55,417 nt of DNA from Rhodothermaceae bacterium (GTDB lineage: Bacteria > Bacteroidota > Rhodothermia > Rhodothermales > JAHQVL01), in the NCBI GenBank assembly GCA_019634345.1, contig JAHQVL010000074.1, forward strand, positions 1-55,417, read 5' to 3'. Made by a program: the position numbers and the translations under genes. Shown here one piece after another: positions 19,654 through 31,562 of this stretch. Below the pieces are notes generated by a model. The model worked only from the letters and a program-made list of their open reading frames with translations. It ran no database searches and was not told the DNA's origin. Numbering within the stretch: position 1 is the first letter of the stretch; the number at the start of each line of letters is the position of its first letter.

Positions 19654-20091
19654 ATGGCAGTGATTTCAACGCCACCAACACGTATTAAAGCGATAGATAC
19701 CCTGGAAATTAGAGAAGGACTTGACGGACTTACCCCATCCAGGATTATCATGTTGTACAGGCGTGCTCCTTTACTGCGACCTGCGAGTGATCCCGCCAGT
19801 GTTTGGCAAATGTTTGAGCGTTCTTCGCTTGTATTAACGGCCTGGCACGAGCGTCAGTTGGTAGGGATTGCGCGTGTCTTAACAGATGGAGTATTGAATA
19901 GTTATTTGTGTGATCTGGCGGTAGAACCGGATGTGCAGCGCTTGGGAGTTGGGAAAAAACTGATCAATACAGTGATTGAGAGATGCAAAGGTACAGATCT
20001 GGTACTGAGAGACTCAGATATCTCTTCTGGCTTTTACGCACACTTAGGATTTAAGCGGGTAACAAACGCTTGGGTGCGTAATTGTCGTTAA
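19654..20091 (+). CDS. GNAT family N-acetyltransferase
   Basis: LVGIARVLTDG, DLAVEPDVQRLGVGKKL and FYAHLGF motifs. Confidence 0.9.
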   Translation: MAVISTPPTRIKAIDTLEIREGLDGLTPSRIIMLYRRAPLLRPASDPASVWQMFERSSLVLTAWHERQLVGIARVLTDGVLNSYLCDLAVEPDVQRLGVGKKLINTVIERCKGTDLVLRDSDISSGFYAHLGFKRVTNAWVRNCR

Positions 20092-20413
20092 GTAGAAGAT
20101 AGATTCTAGCATCCATATCCTCTGAATATACATCTTCAACGACCTGAATACGGTCTACAATTGCTTCTAAACCGATGATTCTGCTGACATGGCGTATGAT
20201 GCGCTTATGTTCTACTTCGCTGTAAAGCGTGCCGTATACTGTGACAATGCGTTTCTTGACGTAAAATCGCATTCCTTCCGCCTGAATATCAGTAAGCTCG
20301 GATTCGAATGTATCCGCTAGATAGGATGCCAGACGCTTATCTGAGAATGCTCTATCGTAAAGGGCATGCTTATATGATTGGAGGCGATTGAATAAATCTT
20401 TCACGATCCTCAT
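20051..20413 (-). CDS. BON domain-like protein
   Basis: SDKRLA...VTVYGT...IIGLEAIVDRIQV resembles the BON fold pattern. Its 3' end overlaps the GNAT gene by 41 nt. Confidence 0.6.
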   Translation of the reverse strand: MRIVKDLFNRLQSYKHALYDRAFSDKRLASYLADTFESELTDIQAEGMRFYVKKRIVTVYGTLYSEVEHKRIIRHVSRIIGLEAIVDRIQVVEDVYSEDMDARIYLLLNDNYAPKRLLPA

Positions 20414-20690
20414 TGTTTGGGGGGGTTATAAAAAAGTGTAGCAGGAAGACGGTCCCGTTAGCATAGAAGAAGTTAAAATTCGTCGGTCATTGATGTGTAC
20501 ACCATTTTGACCAAAGATTTAAGCCCTTAGATGAAGAGGGGATGATACGAAAGGACTATTCATTCAGTTGCAAATAGAATACTCGTTACGCAATTAAAAA
20601 GAAAGTCGAAAAGAAGTACTTTCTTTATGTCCTATGAGTAGGTCCCGGTGTAGGGAAAAATACGGTTTAAAATCTAAGTAATTTTATCTA

Positions 20691-23618
20691 CTAAAAAGTA
20701 TTGCCGAAACGACCACCAACATCGGACTTTGGTTGTTGAATGCGAAGAAGGTCTCTCAACTGGCCGCTCTTGACCTGGAGGTTAAATCCAAAGGATTGAT
20801 AACGGCCAAAAGGCACCCAATTCAATGACATTTGCCAGCATTCAAAATCTCGGAAGAAGCTCAGGTTTGTTGTAACAACTTCCTTTCGCTCAAAGTCATA
20901 TCCTGTTCTTCCCTGCACTTTCCAGTTCGGGGTAAGGCTGAAGTCGAACCTTCCATTGAGCGTAATAGTACGGTTTACGCTGTCCAGGGGTTTCTGGATA
21001 CTGTACGTGAAGTCGAGCGAAAGCGACCAGGGGATGTTGAAATCCACCTGATCTCCTGTAGGGTTGACCAGGCTTCCCGCTATCGCAGCATCGGGATTAA
21101 AGCCAGGAGAACCGAAATCAGAGAACCCAGGAGGAGTTGCTCTGGACGTTTCAAGCGGGCGCCCCTGCGTTCCACTAGTACTTCGAAAAGAAGTACTTGC
21201 AGACATCGACAATTGAGTTAGCCTGGCAAATCTAAATTTAGTTAGATCAAAAACGTAATCGTCGACAATTCTAGTTCGTTCCTGGTTCAACTCGTACGGG
21301 GAAAATGAGGACCGCATGTTGATGTTCATTTTATTTTTGAACAAGCTCGTTCGAGCGGTTAAACTGATATTCGCAAGATTTAGAGAGTCTGCAGCAAAGT
21401 TGTAGCTGGTAGAACCATCCAGGTTTAAGAGTTTGAGGGTATTGCTGGTTTCAGCACCTGTGGAGTCAACCTGGACTTGTTTGGCCTCAAATATATTGTT
21501 GAGGCTTAGAGAAAGAGCTTGTTGCAGTCCTCTTTGAACGCCTGTCACAATCGAGTAATCGACTTCTTCTCCGTCTTCATCTATGTAAGATCGCGAGTAT
21601 CCCCAGAACGATCCTTCAAAATCTGGGCGATAGGTAAAAGAAAGTGTGGGGCGGAGCGTGTGCCGGAATCCATCAAGTGGCCCAACCTTTAGAGGGAAAA
21701 TACCATAAATAGTCGTGTTTGCAGAAAGGCTGGATGAGAACTGACGCAGTGCAAAAAAACCAGGTTGTGATTCTGTAGCAACTGAGTTTGTTGAATCTTC
21801 GGGGTTAAACGAGAGAAATCTCCGATTCGTTTGAATGTACCAATCCTCCGTGTAGTTGATCGAAGGGGTCACATTGAGGCTAATCTTTTGTGCAGAAAAC
21901 GAGGCGTTGATAGGTATGCGGTGGCTGGCTCTAAAATCAAAGGGTTCGTCATCTCCACCTGTTGCCCGGTCAAATTTATCTCTAGAGAATAACGCATCAA
22001 ACCAGCTAATTCCATCCCCATTGTTAGCGGCCAATGTAGAGTCATCCTGTATGGGGCTGAAGTTGTACCGATTGTTCATCGTGAAATTGTAGTTGTACGT
22101 AACCCGCTCGTACCACCGTTCATTAGAGCCTGGGGGGCGTGTTTCTCTTGCAAATGGTTTTCTCGAGTTTTGGGAAAACGTCATGTTTGGTAGGGTCATT
22201 GACGTTGTATTGGTCGATAAAACCTGGTTTTGGTTCACGTTTAGAGAGAGCGAGCGGCCAGTGTTGGCCCAGCGTTTTCTGAAGCTGATACTAGACGATA
22301 TAGATTGAGAAACACGGTCGTTGTACTGTGTTGAGAAGGAAGATTGTAGATAGCTTTGCGTTGAGAGGTTTACGTTACTCGTGAGGGAGGTTGACGGGTT
22401 AAGGGTGTGGTTGTGTTGCCAACGGAAAGAACTCAATCTTCGGACAGCAAAGTCAGGATCAGTCTGCTCCCCGCGCCTCAATCTTGAGTAATCAAAGTAA
22501 ACCTGCCCGTTATAGCCGTATCTTTTATTGTATCTCCACAACGATGACCCTTTCCAGCTACCACTGGTCCAAATTCCGCCTCGCAGTTGAAGGTCGTGAT
22601 AATCGTTAATCGCAAAATACCAGCCGAGGTCACGGAGGTAAAACCCTGATTCATCCTCTCCATAAGTTGGTGCCAGTAATCCACTACGCCGTGTATTTTG
22701 TGCAGGAAGGAAGCCAAAAGGCAACCAGAGGGGAGTTGGAATATTGAAAAGAAATAACTGAATAGGCCCCGTGAATATCTTTTCCTGATCGACCACCTTC
22801 ATTTTGTTTGATCGGAGAGAGTAAGAGGGATCATCAATACATTCACAGGTCGTGTACACACCATCTTTGATATAGAGGGTGCTGTCCTCTGTAACTTTTA
22901 CAATACCTCCACGAATTTGGCCTTCATCGTATTGGGTTTCCGCAACTGTGACACGGCCTCGTTCTGTTTGGAGATTAAAAGCCATTTGATCCCCGACAAA
23001 TTCTTCAGAACCCTGATTAAATCGGGGCCGGCCAACCATCCCTGTATCCACGGGGAGGCCTTTAGCTCGAAGTTCATCGATTTCAAAGAGAATCTCAACA
23101 TTGTGAGCCTGCATCTTGGTTTCACCGTAATTTATCTGTACGTCGCCAAATAAATTTCCTTTATCGCCTGTTGATGAACCTACCGAAATGATGAGTGAAT
23201 CACGTGCAGTAAAGAGTACAGGGTTTTTTAGCCCATCTGGATTTGTTGTTTGCGAGGGAGTTGCTGGATTATTGACCTGTAGACGGGCTCCGGTTGAGTC
23301 TGTTGGTACTTGGAGGAGAGAGTCAGGTAGAGTTTGGCTGAGAGAGTCGGGGGGAGGAGGTGTTGGACGCACTTCCAGTGTGTCGCTTTCTTGAGCCCAC
23401 GAGACACTAGAACCCAGAGAGGCCAGTAAAAGGGATAGTAGCGTGGTTAAAAAAAGTCGCTTCCAATATATGTGGAGACGAGGAATCAAAAGGGAGGGCA
23501 GCGTAGATGCTTGGGGTTGTAGGGCAGTCTCCGTTCTTATCAATACAGCACCAGGCCAAAATTTATCATGCGGAGTACGAATGTTCATCGAGATATTCGA
23601 AAACAAGATGGGCTGCAC
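20691..23618 (-). CDS. lptD: Putative LPS assembly protein LptD (Bacteroidota type)
   Basis: ARDS/GDVQINY jellyroll, YTTC, PTPLWLPFG, GFYLRDLGWYF, and C-terminal RDFECWQMSLNWVPFG. The true start is probably downstream of 23618 (e.g. TTG 23489). Confidence 0.85.
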   Translation of the reverse strand: MQPILFSNISMNIRTPHDKFWPGAVLIRTETALQPQASTLPSLLIPRLHIYWKRLFLTTLLSLLLASLGSSVSWAQESDTLEVRPTPPPPDSLSQTLPDSLLQVPTDSTGARLQVNNPATPSQTTNPDGLKNPVLFTARDSLIISVGSSTGDKGNLFGDVQINYGETKMQAHNVEILFEIDELRAKGLPVDTGMVGRPRFNQGSEEFVGDQMAFNLQTERGRVTVAETQYDEGQIRGGIVKVTEDSTLYIKDGVYTTCECIDDPSYSLRSNKMKVVDQEKIFTGPIQLFLFNIPTPLWLPFGFLPAQNTRRSGLLAPTYGEDESGFYLRDLGWYFAINDYHDLQLRGGIWTSGSWKGSSLWRYNKRYGYNGQVYFDYSRLRRGEQTDPDFAVRRLSSFRWQHNHTLNPSTSLTSNVNLSTQSYLQSSFSTQYNDRVSQSISSSISFRKRWANTGRSLSLNVNQNQVLSTNTTSMTLPNMTFSQNSRKPFARETRPPGSNERWYERVTYNYNFTMNNRYNFSPIQDDSTLAANNGDGISWFDALFSRDKFDRATGGDDEPFDFRASHRIPINASFSAQKISLNVTPSINYTEDWYIQTNRRFLSFNPEDSTNSVATESQPGFFALRQFSSSLSANTTIYGIFPLKVGPLDGFRHTLRPTLSFTYRPDFEGSFWGYSRSYIDEDGEEVDYSIVTGVQRGLQQALSLSLNNIFEAKQVQVDSTGAETSNTLKLLNLDGSTSYNFAADSLNLANISLTARTSLFKNKMNINMRSSFSPYELNQERTRIVDDYVFDLTKFRFARLTQLSMSASTSFRSTSGTQGRPLETSRATPPGFSDFGSPGFNPDAAIAGSLVNPTGDQVDFNIPWSLSLDFTYSIQKPLDSVNRTITLNGRFDFSLTPNWKVQGRTGYDFERKEVVTTNLSFFRDFECWQMSLNWVPFGRYQSFGFNLQVKSGQLRDLLRIQQPKSDVGGRFGNTF

Positions 23619-24549
23619 CTAAAATACCGGCCTCATTGCCTAGAGTTTCCCGGATAATTTCTAATCCATCCCTCAAACCAGGTATTACAAAACGTACTAA
23701 CGTTTCATACGCTGGTTTAAGTATGTACGAACCTGCTGCGGATACGCCTCCGCCAATGATAAGCTTTCTAATGTCCAGTAAATTGACTGCCGATCCCAAG
23801 ACGCAGCCCAACTTGTGCCCAGCCCAGGAAAGCACTTCAATAGCTCCTTCATCACCTTTCTCTGCGGCTTCATAGAGAATCTTAGGGGTGATGGTATTGA
23901 GGTCCCCATTGGTCATTTTATGAATGAGGCTATTCGTCTTGGTGTGCAGGCGATATTTAGCGTGCTTGGACAGAAATCGCTGTCCAATATATGCTTCAAT
24001 GGAGCCTGCTACACCAGCGTGATCAATAGGTCCTTCATAATCGATAGTCATGTGTCCAATTTCCCCTGCGCCACCGGTTGCCCCTCTGAAAACTTTGTTA
24101 TTATATACGATCACACCGCCTACGCCTGTGCCCAGAGTCACAAAAATAAAAGAGTTGTGAGGGGCTCCTGCTCCATAGTGGGCTGAACCCAATCCGGCTA
24201 CATTTGCGTCGTTTTCGACAATGACTGGAAGGTTTGTACGGAGTCGATCCTGCAATTCTACTTGAAGATTAACGCGTTGCCAGCCATCAAGATTAGGTGG
24301 GTTGATTACCGTATCGCGCTCCCAGTTTACTGCCCCTGGTGCACCGATTCCAATGCCACCTATCGAGTCTCCAACCGCCTCTGCAGAGAGATCATTAATC
24401 AGCATTGAAATCCTATCAATAACTTTGTCCGGCCCCTCATGAGCAAGAGTAGGCGACGACCTAAGTTCGACAATTCCAGAGTCGCGATTAATTAGAGCAG
24501 CTTTTATAGAAGTGCCTCCAAGGTCGACCCCAATCGCTAAGTTCGTCAT
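23566..24549 (-). CDS. ROK family sugar kinase (probable glucokinase)
   Basis: GVDLGGT, ENDAN, TLGTGVGG, GEIGH and IGGGVS motifs. Confidence 0.9.
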   Translation of the reverse strand: MTNLAIGVDLGGTSIKAALINRDSGIVELRSSPTLAHEGPDKVIDRISMLINDLSAEAVGDSIGGIGIGAPGAVNWERDTVINPPNLDGWQRVNLQVELQDRLRTNLPVIVENDANVAGLGSAHYGAGAPHNSFIFVTLGTGVGGVIVYNNKVFRGATGGAGEIGHMTIDYEGPIDHAGVAGSIEAYIGQRFLSKHAKYRLHTKTNSLIHKMTNGDLNTITPKILYEAAEKGDEGAIEVLSWAGHKLGCVLGSAVNLLDIRKLIIGGGVSAAGSYILKPAYETLVRFVIPGLRDGLEIIRETLGNEAGILGAAHLVFEYLDEHSYSA

Positions 24550-24572
24550 CAGAAAAGCCAGTTTAAGGTTAA

Positions 24573-24899
24573 TTATTCGATCTCTTTGATAGGATAAACG
24601 GTTTCGCCCTCCTTCCGCATCCCGTATTCTTCTCGGGCGAGTTGTTCAATCACTTCATCAGACACATCAACCTCGAGCTGGCGATTGAGCCTCTCGATCT
24701 CTTGTTGCAGCTCGAGGTTTTCAGATGCAATAGACTGTGCCTCTGTATGCCAGGAGAGGCGTTTGTAGATACTGTGACTATCAAAAAAACCTACCCATAT
24801 AAACGCCACACCAATAGCAATCCATACCGCTCTTTTGCGGAGTGAATGCGTGGAAAACAATTGTTTAATGTAGCGATGAATAGATGGTCGTTTAGACAT
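24573..24899 (-). CDS. ftsB: Septum formation initiator (FtsB/DivIC family)
   Basis: TM segment, coiled coil and IEQLAREEYGMRKEGE; lies directly downstream of eno. Confidence 0.85.
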   Translation of the reverse strand: MSKRPSIHRYIKQLFSTHSLRKRAVWIAIGVAFIWVGFFDSHSIYKRLSWHTEAQSIASENLELQQEIERLNRQLEVDVSDEVIEQLAREEYGMRKEGETVYPIKEIE

Positions 24900-24905
24900 A
24901 AAACG

Positions 24906-26210
<1,305 letters not shown>

Positions 26211-26214
26211 TTAG

Positions 26215-26253
26215 AAAAAAACGGCCGAAGAGCTTTTATACTCATCGGCCGTT
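26215..26253 (-). terminator. Intrinsic terminator between the TPR gene and eno
   Basis: AACGGCCGA/TCGGCCGTT stem followed by a U-run on the minus strand. Confidence 0.7.
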
Positions 26254-26295
26254 ACACGCACAAAAAAAGGAAAAGAACCCTAATTGATAGATTTT

Positions 26296-27663
26296 TTACG
26301 GTTTTCTAATCTTGGTAGTCTCATTAATCCAAGAATAGCAGCCATAATCGATCGAGTAGGACTCTCCAGCAGTCCATCCTTTAAAGAACAGATCTTCTGT
26401 TGAAGGGAAATAAGGCTTATATCGGGAAACTGCACTACGCTCTCCTGCACGTTCCAGGTAATCTGCTACAAGCCAGTACACCGCACGGTCTTCACGTTCC
26501 ATAGCTGATCCACCGCATTCGCTTACGGCTTCAGCATAAACGCCTGCGATTTCTGCGTATACTCGTCTGAATTCAGGGTCAGCACGAAGCGCGCTTCGGT
26601 AGAACGAGCGTGCTCGAGAAAGATTTCCGTTTTGGCGATAGGCATTACCAAGGTTGAAGTTGGCTTCTTTGGCTACACTATCACCACCTTCCATTCCAAG
26701 CGCCTGGTTAAAGTTCTCAATAGCGCCGTTTGTATCGCCATCGTTAATTTTCATGACACCGGCTTCGACATAAAGCTTAGGACTTGGGTTGATTTCAAGC
26801 ATCTCAGCAATCATGTTAGACAGCTTGTCTCTTTCTTCAAGTTCTTTGTAGATGTCGATCAATTCGCTGATGATATCCAGGTCGCCAGGCTTTTTGTCCA
26901 ACTGTTCTTCAAGGAATGTCATACGCTCTTCGGGAGAGTCAAATAGTTTCCCTCTCCATTCGTCCAGCACAGCGATAACAGCTGAGTCATCTGAGTATTT
27001 CGATTCAACATCGTCCATGAAGTCTACTGCTTCCTGCTTCATTTCCTTTCTGGCCATGTCGACGATGATAACCCGGACGTAGTACGCAGATTGTTCACCG
27101 AAGAGGTCTGGCTTGCCTTCATAGACAGACCTGTACAGCGGACCGGCTTCTGATTGCATGTCATCCAGAACGGCTGCATTACGTTGGATGAAACGGCCTT
27201 TGTTAAATAGCCATTCGTGTTCATCAAATTGGGCACCAGCGCTCTGTAAAGTGGGCACAGCGTTATCGAACAGCATAAGGGCTTTATCTAGAAATTCGCG
27301 CTTGCTAGCGGCGTCTTCTGTTCCATCAGAAAGACCCTGAAATAAATTTACACCGCGCTCGAAGTTGCGGTCATCTCCAGGAGGCTTGCCTGTAAAGCCT
27401 GGGGCACAATCCAGCATCCAATTTAAGTAGGGAAGTGCTGTCTCGTAATCTTTGTTTTTGTACGCTTCATAGTACAAACTGTAGTTCATCAAGCGTTCAT
27501 TATTGTCAATTTCTTCAGGACATTCCTGAGCAAAAGACACGTTAGGGGCCATAAACGCTAAAAGCAGTGGGGTGAGCAGAGCGTACTTGAAGCGATTAAA
27601 AGTCGCAGTAATCATGTTCATAGTTGTATTCCGTTGCATTAACCGCATAGGGTATAAAAGCAA
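26296..27663 (-). CDS. Exported tetratricopeptide-repeat protein
   Basis: Signal peptide ending SFA-QEC; YSLYYEAYKNKDY; TPR motif ANFNLGNAY; C-terminal AVYWLV...FPSTEDLF. The start may be a later Met. Confidence 0.8.
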   Translation of the reverse strand: MLLYPMRLMQRNTTMNMITATFNRFKYALLTPLLLAFMAPNVSFAQECPEEIDNNERLMNYSLYYEAYKNKDYETALPYLNWMLDCAPGFTGKPPGDDRNFERGVNLFQGLSDGTEDAASKREFLDKALMLFDNAVPTLQSAGAQFDEHEWLFNKGRFIQRNAAVLDDMQSEAGPLYRSVYEGKPDLFGEQSAYYVRVIIVDMARKEMKQEAVDFMDDVESKYSDDSAVIAVLDEWRGKLFDSPEERMTFLEEQLDKKPGDLDIISELIDIYKELEERDKLSNMIAEMLEINPSPKLYVEAGVMKINDGDTNGAIENFNQALGMEGGDSVAKEANFNLGNAYRQNGNLSRARSFYRSALRADPEFRRVYAEIAGVYAEAVSECGGSAMEREDRAVYWLVADYLERAGERSAVSRYKPYFPSTEDLFFKGWTAGESYSIDYGCYSWINETTKIRKP

Positions 27664-27703
27664 TCTAATAATGGCAATAATTTAATTTGAAGACAAGCAG
27701 ACA

Positions 27704-29065
27704 TCAACCAAGTTTCCGTCTTTCGAACCAACGTTCCCCAATATTCACATTTATATGAATTTTGTAGAACGTTTCTCTGACTAAACCGAAATCGGTCATG
27801 CCTCGCCTACCTACTTCAAGATTTAAATCAATACGCGTACCAGGAAATAGAGTAGGGAGGCTCACTCCACCAGTAAACGCGGACGTATTTACGCTCGTAT
27901 TTTGAACAACATCAATGTATCCTGTATCGTAATAGTAGCCAAAACGTAGCGCAACTCGTCTAAAATACGAATCTAATACATTAGATGAAGGCTGAAAATC
28001 AACTCCGAGAGAGAACCGGGTTCTGTCCTTAAAAGAAGAGGCTCCTTGTGGGACAAATCCAGGCAGGTCGAGTTCTGAATCGAATGAACTCCAGGGTTCA
28101 AGCGTAAGGTCAGCCAGAATAATCCAGCTTCTGTTTGGATGGTAAGATAAACCAAGGTTGGTGCGAAGAGGAAGGTCTATATCCCCTTTTGTTTCATCTC
28201 CAATGGTCTCTAGTTGATCTGGGTCAGTACCGAATGTTCTAGATCGAGTGCCTGTAAGAGAGGTAGGGAAGGAGATTGATGCACCGATTGACAACGCATC
28301 CTTGTCTGAAAGCACTCCAGGGAGGGTTACTAGCGCACCAGCGGTGCTTGTGAACCCAGATAGCTTAGTTTCTTTATTGAATATCGTCTGTGAGAAGGAA
28401 AGCAAAGGATCTGTAGCCCCGTCATCAGAAAATACTTCCGTCCTTCGGACTTCTTCTATGATTCCAAACAAGAAGTTAGCGGATAAACCAAAACTGACTC
28501 TTGACGCTGGGCGAAATCCAAGCCCAATAGTCGCCTGTTGAATGCCGCCTTGCCCTTCAAAATTGATCACATAGGAAGTAGGATCTTGAAGTTCTCCCTG
28601 AATGGACACCGGTTCTTGAGGTACGGTATGTGCAACACGGCTATACGGTGTAAACGCGATAGAAGCACCCAATTTACCACGGCGGATTGGAAAGCTGAAT
28701 TGGAATGCCTGGAGCATACTCGAATTTAGCCTGCTTTCGTTACCTGACCCATTGGATAACTCTATTCCTTGAAATTGTACCCCTGTTGTTAGGCGGGTGA
28801 GTGATTGATCCGCCCATGTAGCAGGGTTGGACAGGTTTACGTAATTAAATGATGTAAGGGCCGTCCCGCCTCCGCCTAGAGCCTGGATTTGCGAGGTGGA
28901 GTAGCTGAAAAGCTCTCCGATACCAAAACGAGAGTATGCCGAGCCATCTGCATTTTGTTGGGCGAATGCTACGATCGGGGAGAAGATGAGCAAAAGGGCA
29001 ACAACGAACACCCGCTTGGGCTGTAACATCGATACAATCATCTGGGTTGATCTGTAGAGGTTCAT
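27704..29065 (-). CDS. Outer-membrane beta-barrel protein (FadL/OmpP1-like)
   Basis: Signal peptide; SAYSRFGIGEL...NPATW plug-like N-terminus; amphipathic strands; C-terminal GERWFERRK. Confidence 0.75.
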   Translation of the reverse strand: MNLYRSTQMIVSMLQPKRVFVVALLLIFSPIVAFAQQNADGSAYSRFGIGELFSYSTSQIQALGGGGTALTSFNYVNLSNPATWADQSLTRLTTGVQFQGIELSNGSGNESRLNSSMLQAFQFSFPIRRGKLGASIAFTPYSRVAHTVPQEPVSIQGELQDPTSYVINFEGQGGIQQATIGLGFRPASRVSFGLSANFLFGIIEEVRRTEVFSDDGATDPLLSFSQTIFNKETKLSGFTSTAGALVTLPGVLSDKDALSIGASISFPTSLTGTRSRTFGTDPDQLETIGDETKGDIDLPLRTNLGLSYHPNRSWIILADLTLEPWSSFDSELDLPGFVPQGASSFKDRTRFSLGVDFQPSSNVLDSYFRRVALRFGYYYDTGYIDVVQNTSVNTSAFTGGVSLPTLFPGTRIDLNLEVGRRGMTDFGLVRETFYKIHINVNIGERWFERRKLG

Positions 29066-29110
29066 ATTATATATGTCGATACTAGCTTGATGGATAAGGG
29101 TGTGGCCCGG

Positions 29111-30349
29111 TCAATTTAGTACGGTATATGTCAGAATAAAGGAAGGGGGATTCTCCTCCGAGTTCATATCATGAAATATGATGGCATTAGCAGCATTGGG
29201 TATAGGAAAGCGTATCTCGTAGTGCTTAAATACGTCTAGACCCATAAAACGGCGTTCGACTTCATTCCTGAATCTGCTGTCATCAAAGGTAAATGTAGAC
29301 TGGTTTGTAATTCGGCTATTGGAAAGTATACAAACGCTTACATTTGGTACACCACATGCTTCCAGGGCTTCAACGGTGTTTTCGAGGGAGTCTGCAACGA
29401 TACCAACTAGGGTTAGGCTGCCCACACTGGGGCGGATAAAGCTTTCTACTGCAGAAAATGTGGTGGTGTCAAATTGTACCTCTAGGGCGGCCCTGTTAAC
29501 GCCTGCAAAGTCTGTAATCTGGGAAAGATCCAGGTCAAATTCGATGTTGGCTCCTACATCACTATGGAGCAAAACGCGTTGATCAGGAAGCTGAGGCTCT
29601 GTAATTTGATCGTAGGCCGTGATACTATTTCCCGCTAGATAGTTAACAAAAGGATCTGTGTCTGTAGTATCAGCGGTGACTTCCACGCCTCTAAGGAAGC
29701 TAGACGTTGAATTACCTAAAATCCGAATGAATGCGTTTCCACTCGTTGGGACGAATTTAAGCCCATGGAAATCAGTGTTAAAAGCATTTTCGGAAAAGAC
29801 TTCGGGGATTGCCGGCCGGAGTAACTGGTTATTGCGCTCTATCCAGTCATCAGGGAAAGGAACCGACACTAAACGTGTTCCAGGAGTGACCGAGAATTCG
29901 AACAGTTTAATCACGTCTTGTTCAGGAAGCTCCTCCGGTTCGGTTACAACGTCATACGCCGTTGATATTTCATAGACGTCGAACGTAACCGGCTCACTGG
30001 AATTTCCGTAGGTATACAGAGTATCCAGAGTGAGGTTAAGGATGAGGGAGTCGACTTCTCCATTAAGATAATCGTCTGCCGGCCTATTGCTTAGCGTGAA
30101 GTCGAGATAACCCGTCGCGGTGATTTCGCCAAGAACAGGGTCATTGACTTGCCCCATCAATATTCTGTCAGTACCTGAGTTTACTCCACTGATTGGCGTT
30201 GAATTAAAACTGCTAATGGGTAATTCATCAACGATGGCATTCCCACCGGCATCATCCACAAGCCCTACACTAGAAGGGTCCTCACAAGCTGAAAAGGCCA
30301 GGAGGGCAGTAACAAAAAGAGAAAGAAAGAAACGATCCTTAATCCGCAT
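29111..30349 (-). CDS. DUF4270-like lipoprotein
   Basis: Lipobox FSAC-EDPSSVG; LMGQVNDPVLG; position downstream of the glycogen-synthase-like gene. Confidence 0.65.
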   Translation of the reverse strand: MRIKDRFFLSLFVTALLAFSACEDPSSVGLVDDAGGNAIVDELPISSFNSTPISGVNSGTDRILMGQVNDPVLGEITATGYLDFTLSNRPADDYLNGEVDSLILNLTLDTLYTYGNSSEPVTFDVYEISTAYDVVTEPEELPEQDVIKLFEFSVTPGTRLVSVPFPDDWIERNNQLLRPAIPEVFSENAFNTDFHGLKFVPTSGNAFIRILGNSTSSFLRGVEVTADTTDTDPFVNYLAGNSITAYDQITEPQLPDQRVLLHSDVGANIEFDLDLSQITDFAGVNRAALEVQFDTTTFSAVESFIRPSVGSLTLVGIVADSLENTVEALEACGVPNVSVCILSNSRITNQSTFTFDDSRFRNEVERRFMGLDVFKHYEIRFPIPNAANAIIFHDMNSEENPPSFILTYTVLN

Positions 30350-30477
30350 TATTTCAAAACCGAAAGATGAACTTCCGGACTACTGATTGACAAAGGTGAA
30401 TCGGACATACGAACTGTTCGATGGTGTAAGAACGAAGTCAGTGGTGGAATTCGTATGTAAGCCTCGTAATTAATGCC

Positions 30478-30511
30478 AAACCCCAAACGGTGCGTTCGAC
30501 CGATGGGGTTT
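30478..30511 (-). terminator. Hairpin or likely terminator after the glycogen-synthase-like gene
   Basis: AAACCCCA...TGGGGTTT with an inner CGGT/ACCG stem. Confidence 0.5.
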
Positions 30512-30545
30512 AGTGCCTAGTCAATGCTTTATATTTCAGGATGTT

Positions 30546-31310
30546 TCAAACAGCGACTTCAGTGAGGAGTTGTTCGTACAGGCTTTTAGCTTGATGGCAG
30601 AGGTCCTCAATATTATCTGTCAGTTGTGGTTCTGAGGTAGGATCTACATCTGCATGAGGCGAATGGGCCACCATATCTGCAAACTCATACCCGTATTGGG
30701 TAACAGAATCACATTTAATAGGTAGGGAGGGGTCACTGGGGAGTTGATCCAAGAATTCACTTCCCACATAGGAGTCCGGAGCAATTAAGCCAGGAGTATA
30801 GACGCTCTTTGCTTTCTCAAAGATAGGATTTTGACTATACTTCGTTCTGAGCATCAAGGGAGTAAGTGCGCTTAACCATCCAAAACAGTGTACGATATCT
30901 GGCGTCCAGCCCAGCTTATGGATCGTATCTAAGACAGCCTGAGAGAAGAACCATGCTCTTTGGGCATTGTCGGGAAATACGTCGCCTTCTTTTGCGGCGT
31001 GGATGCCTTTTCGCTTAAAGAAGTGGTTGTTATCCATAAAGTAAACCTGCAACCTGATACCAGGGATGGAAGCAACTTTCACTTTTAGGGTTTCTTTACG
31101 TCCATCGACTTCGATAACGTTTCCGGAGAGGCGGATGACTTCGTGGAGTCTGTTTTTGCGCTCGCTGATGATGCCATAGCGAGGCATCATAATGCGGACT
31201 TCAAATTCACCTGATTCTTGGAGTTGTTCGGGTAAGATACGGACCAGATCCGCTGTTTCACTACCACAAGTAAAAGGGGCTACTTCTTCAGATACAAAAA
31301 GAATCCTCAT
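30546..31310 (-). CDS. Glycogen/starch synthase N-terminal-domain-only protein (GT5-like)
   Basis: MRILFVSEEVAPF, VRIMMPRYG, DNAQR..FFS and WTPDIVHC motifs. Only 254 aa. Confidence 0.85.
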   Translation of the reverse strand: MRILFVSEEVAPFTCGSETADLVRILPEQLQESGEFEVRIMMPRYGIISERKNRLHEVIRLSGNVIEVDGRKETLKVKVASIPGIRLQVYFMDNNHFFKRKGIHAAKEGDVFPDNAQRAWFFSQAVLDTIHKLGWTPDIVHCFGWLSALTPLMLRTKYSQNPIFEKAKSVYTPGLIAPDSYVGSEFLDQLPSDPSLPIKCDSVTQYGYEFADMVAHSPHADVDPTSEPQLTDNIEDLCHQAKSLYEQLLTEVAV

Positions 31311-31536
31311 ATTCCTTATCGGACTTCTGCTACAAACAAGTGAGGTGGGACAGAGATCTGCTCGCGTGTCTTAGCGCTAACATGGGTGGGTTCCCGGTCA
31401 CCATCGAAATAAGTGTATGCTTTACTACGCATTTGTGGGTAAGGCTTCGAAGCTGCTCAATTTATGAAAAATGCGCTTTCAAGACAAGTTTTATTGGCGC
31501 TATTCGTGCTAAGACTCAATTAAAAAGGCGATAAAC

Positions 31537-31562
31537 TGAACCTGGAAAAGGTAATATTCGTA
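31537..31562 (+). promoter_or_regulatory. Putative ECF promoter upstream of the DCC gene
   Basis: TGAACC-N16-CGTA. Confidence 0.5.
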
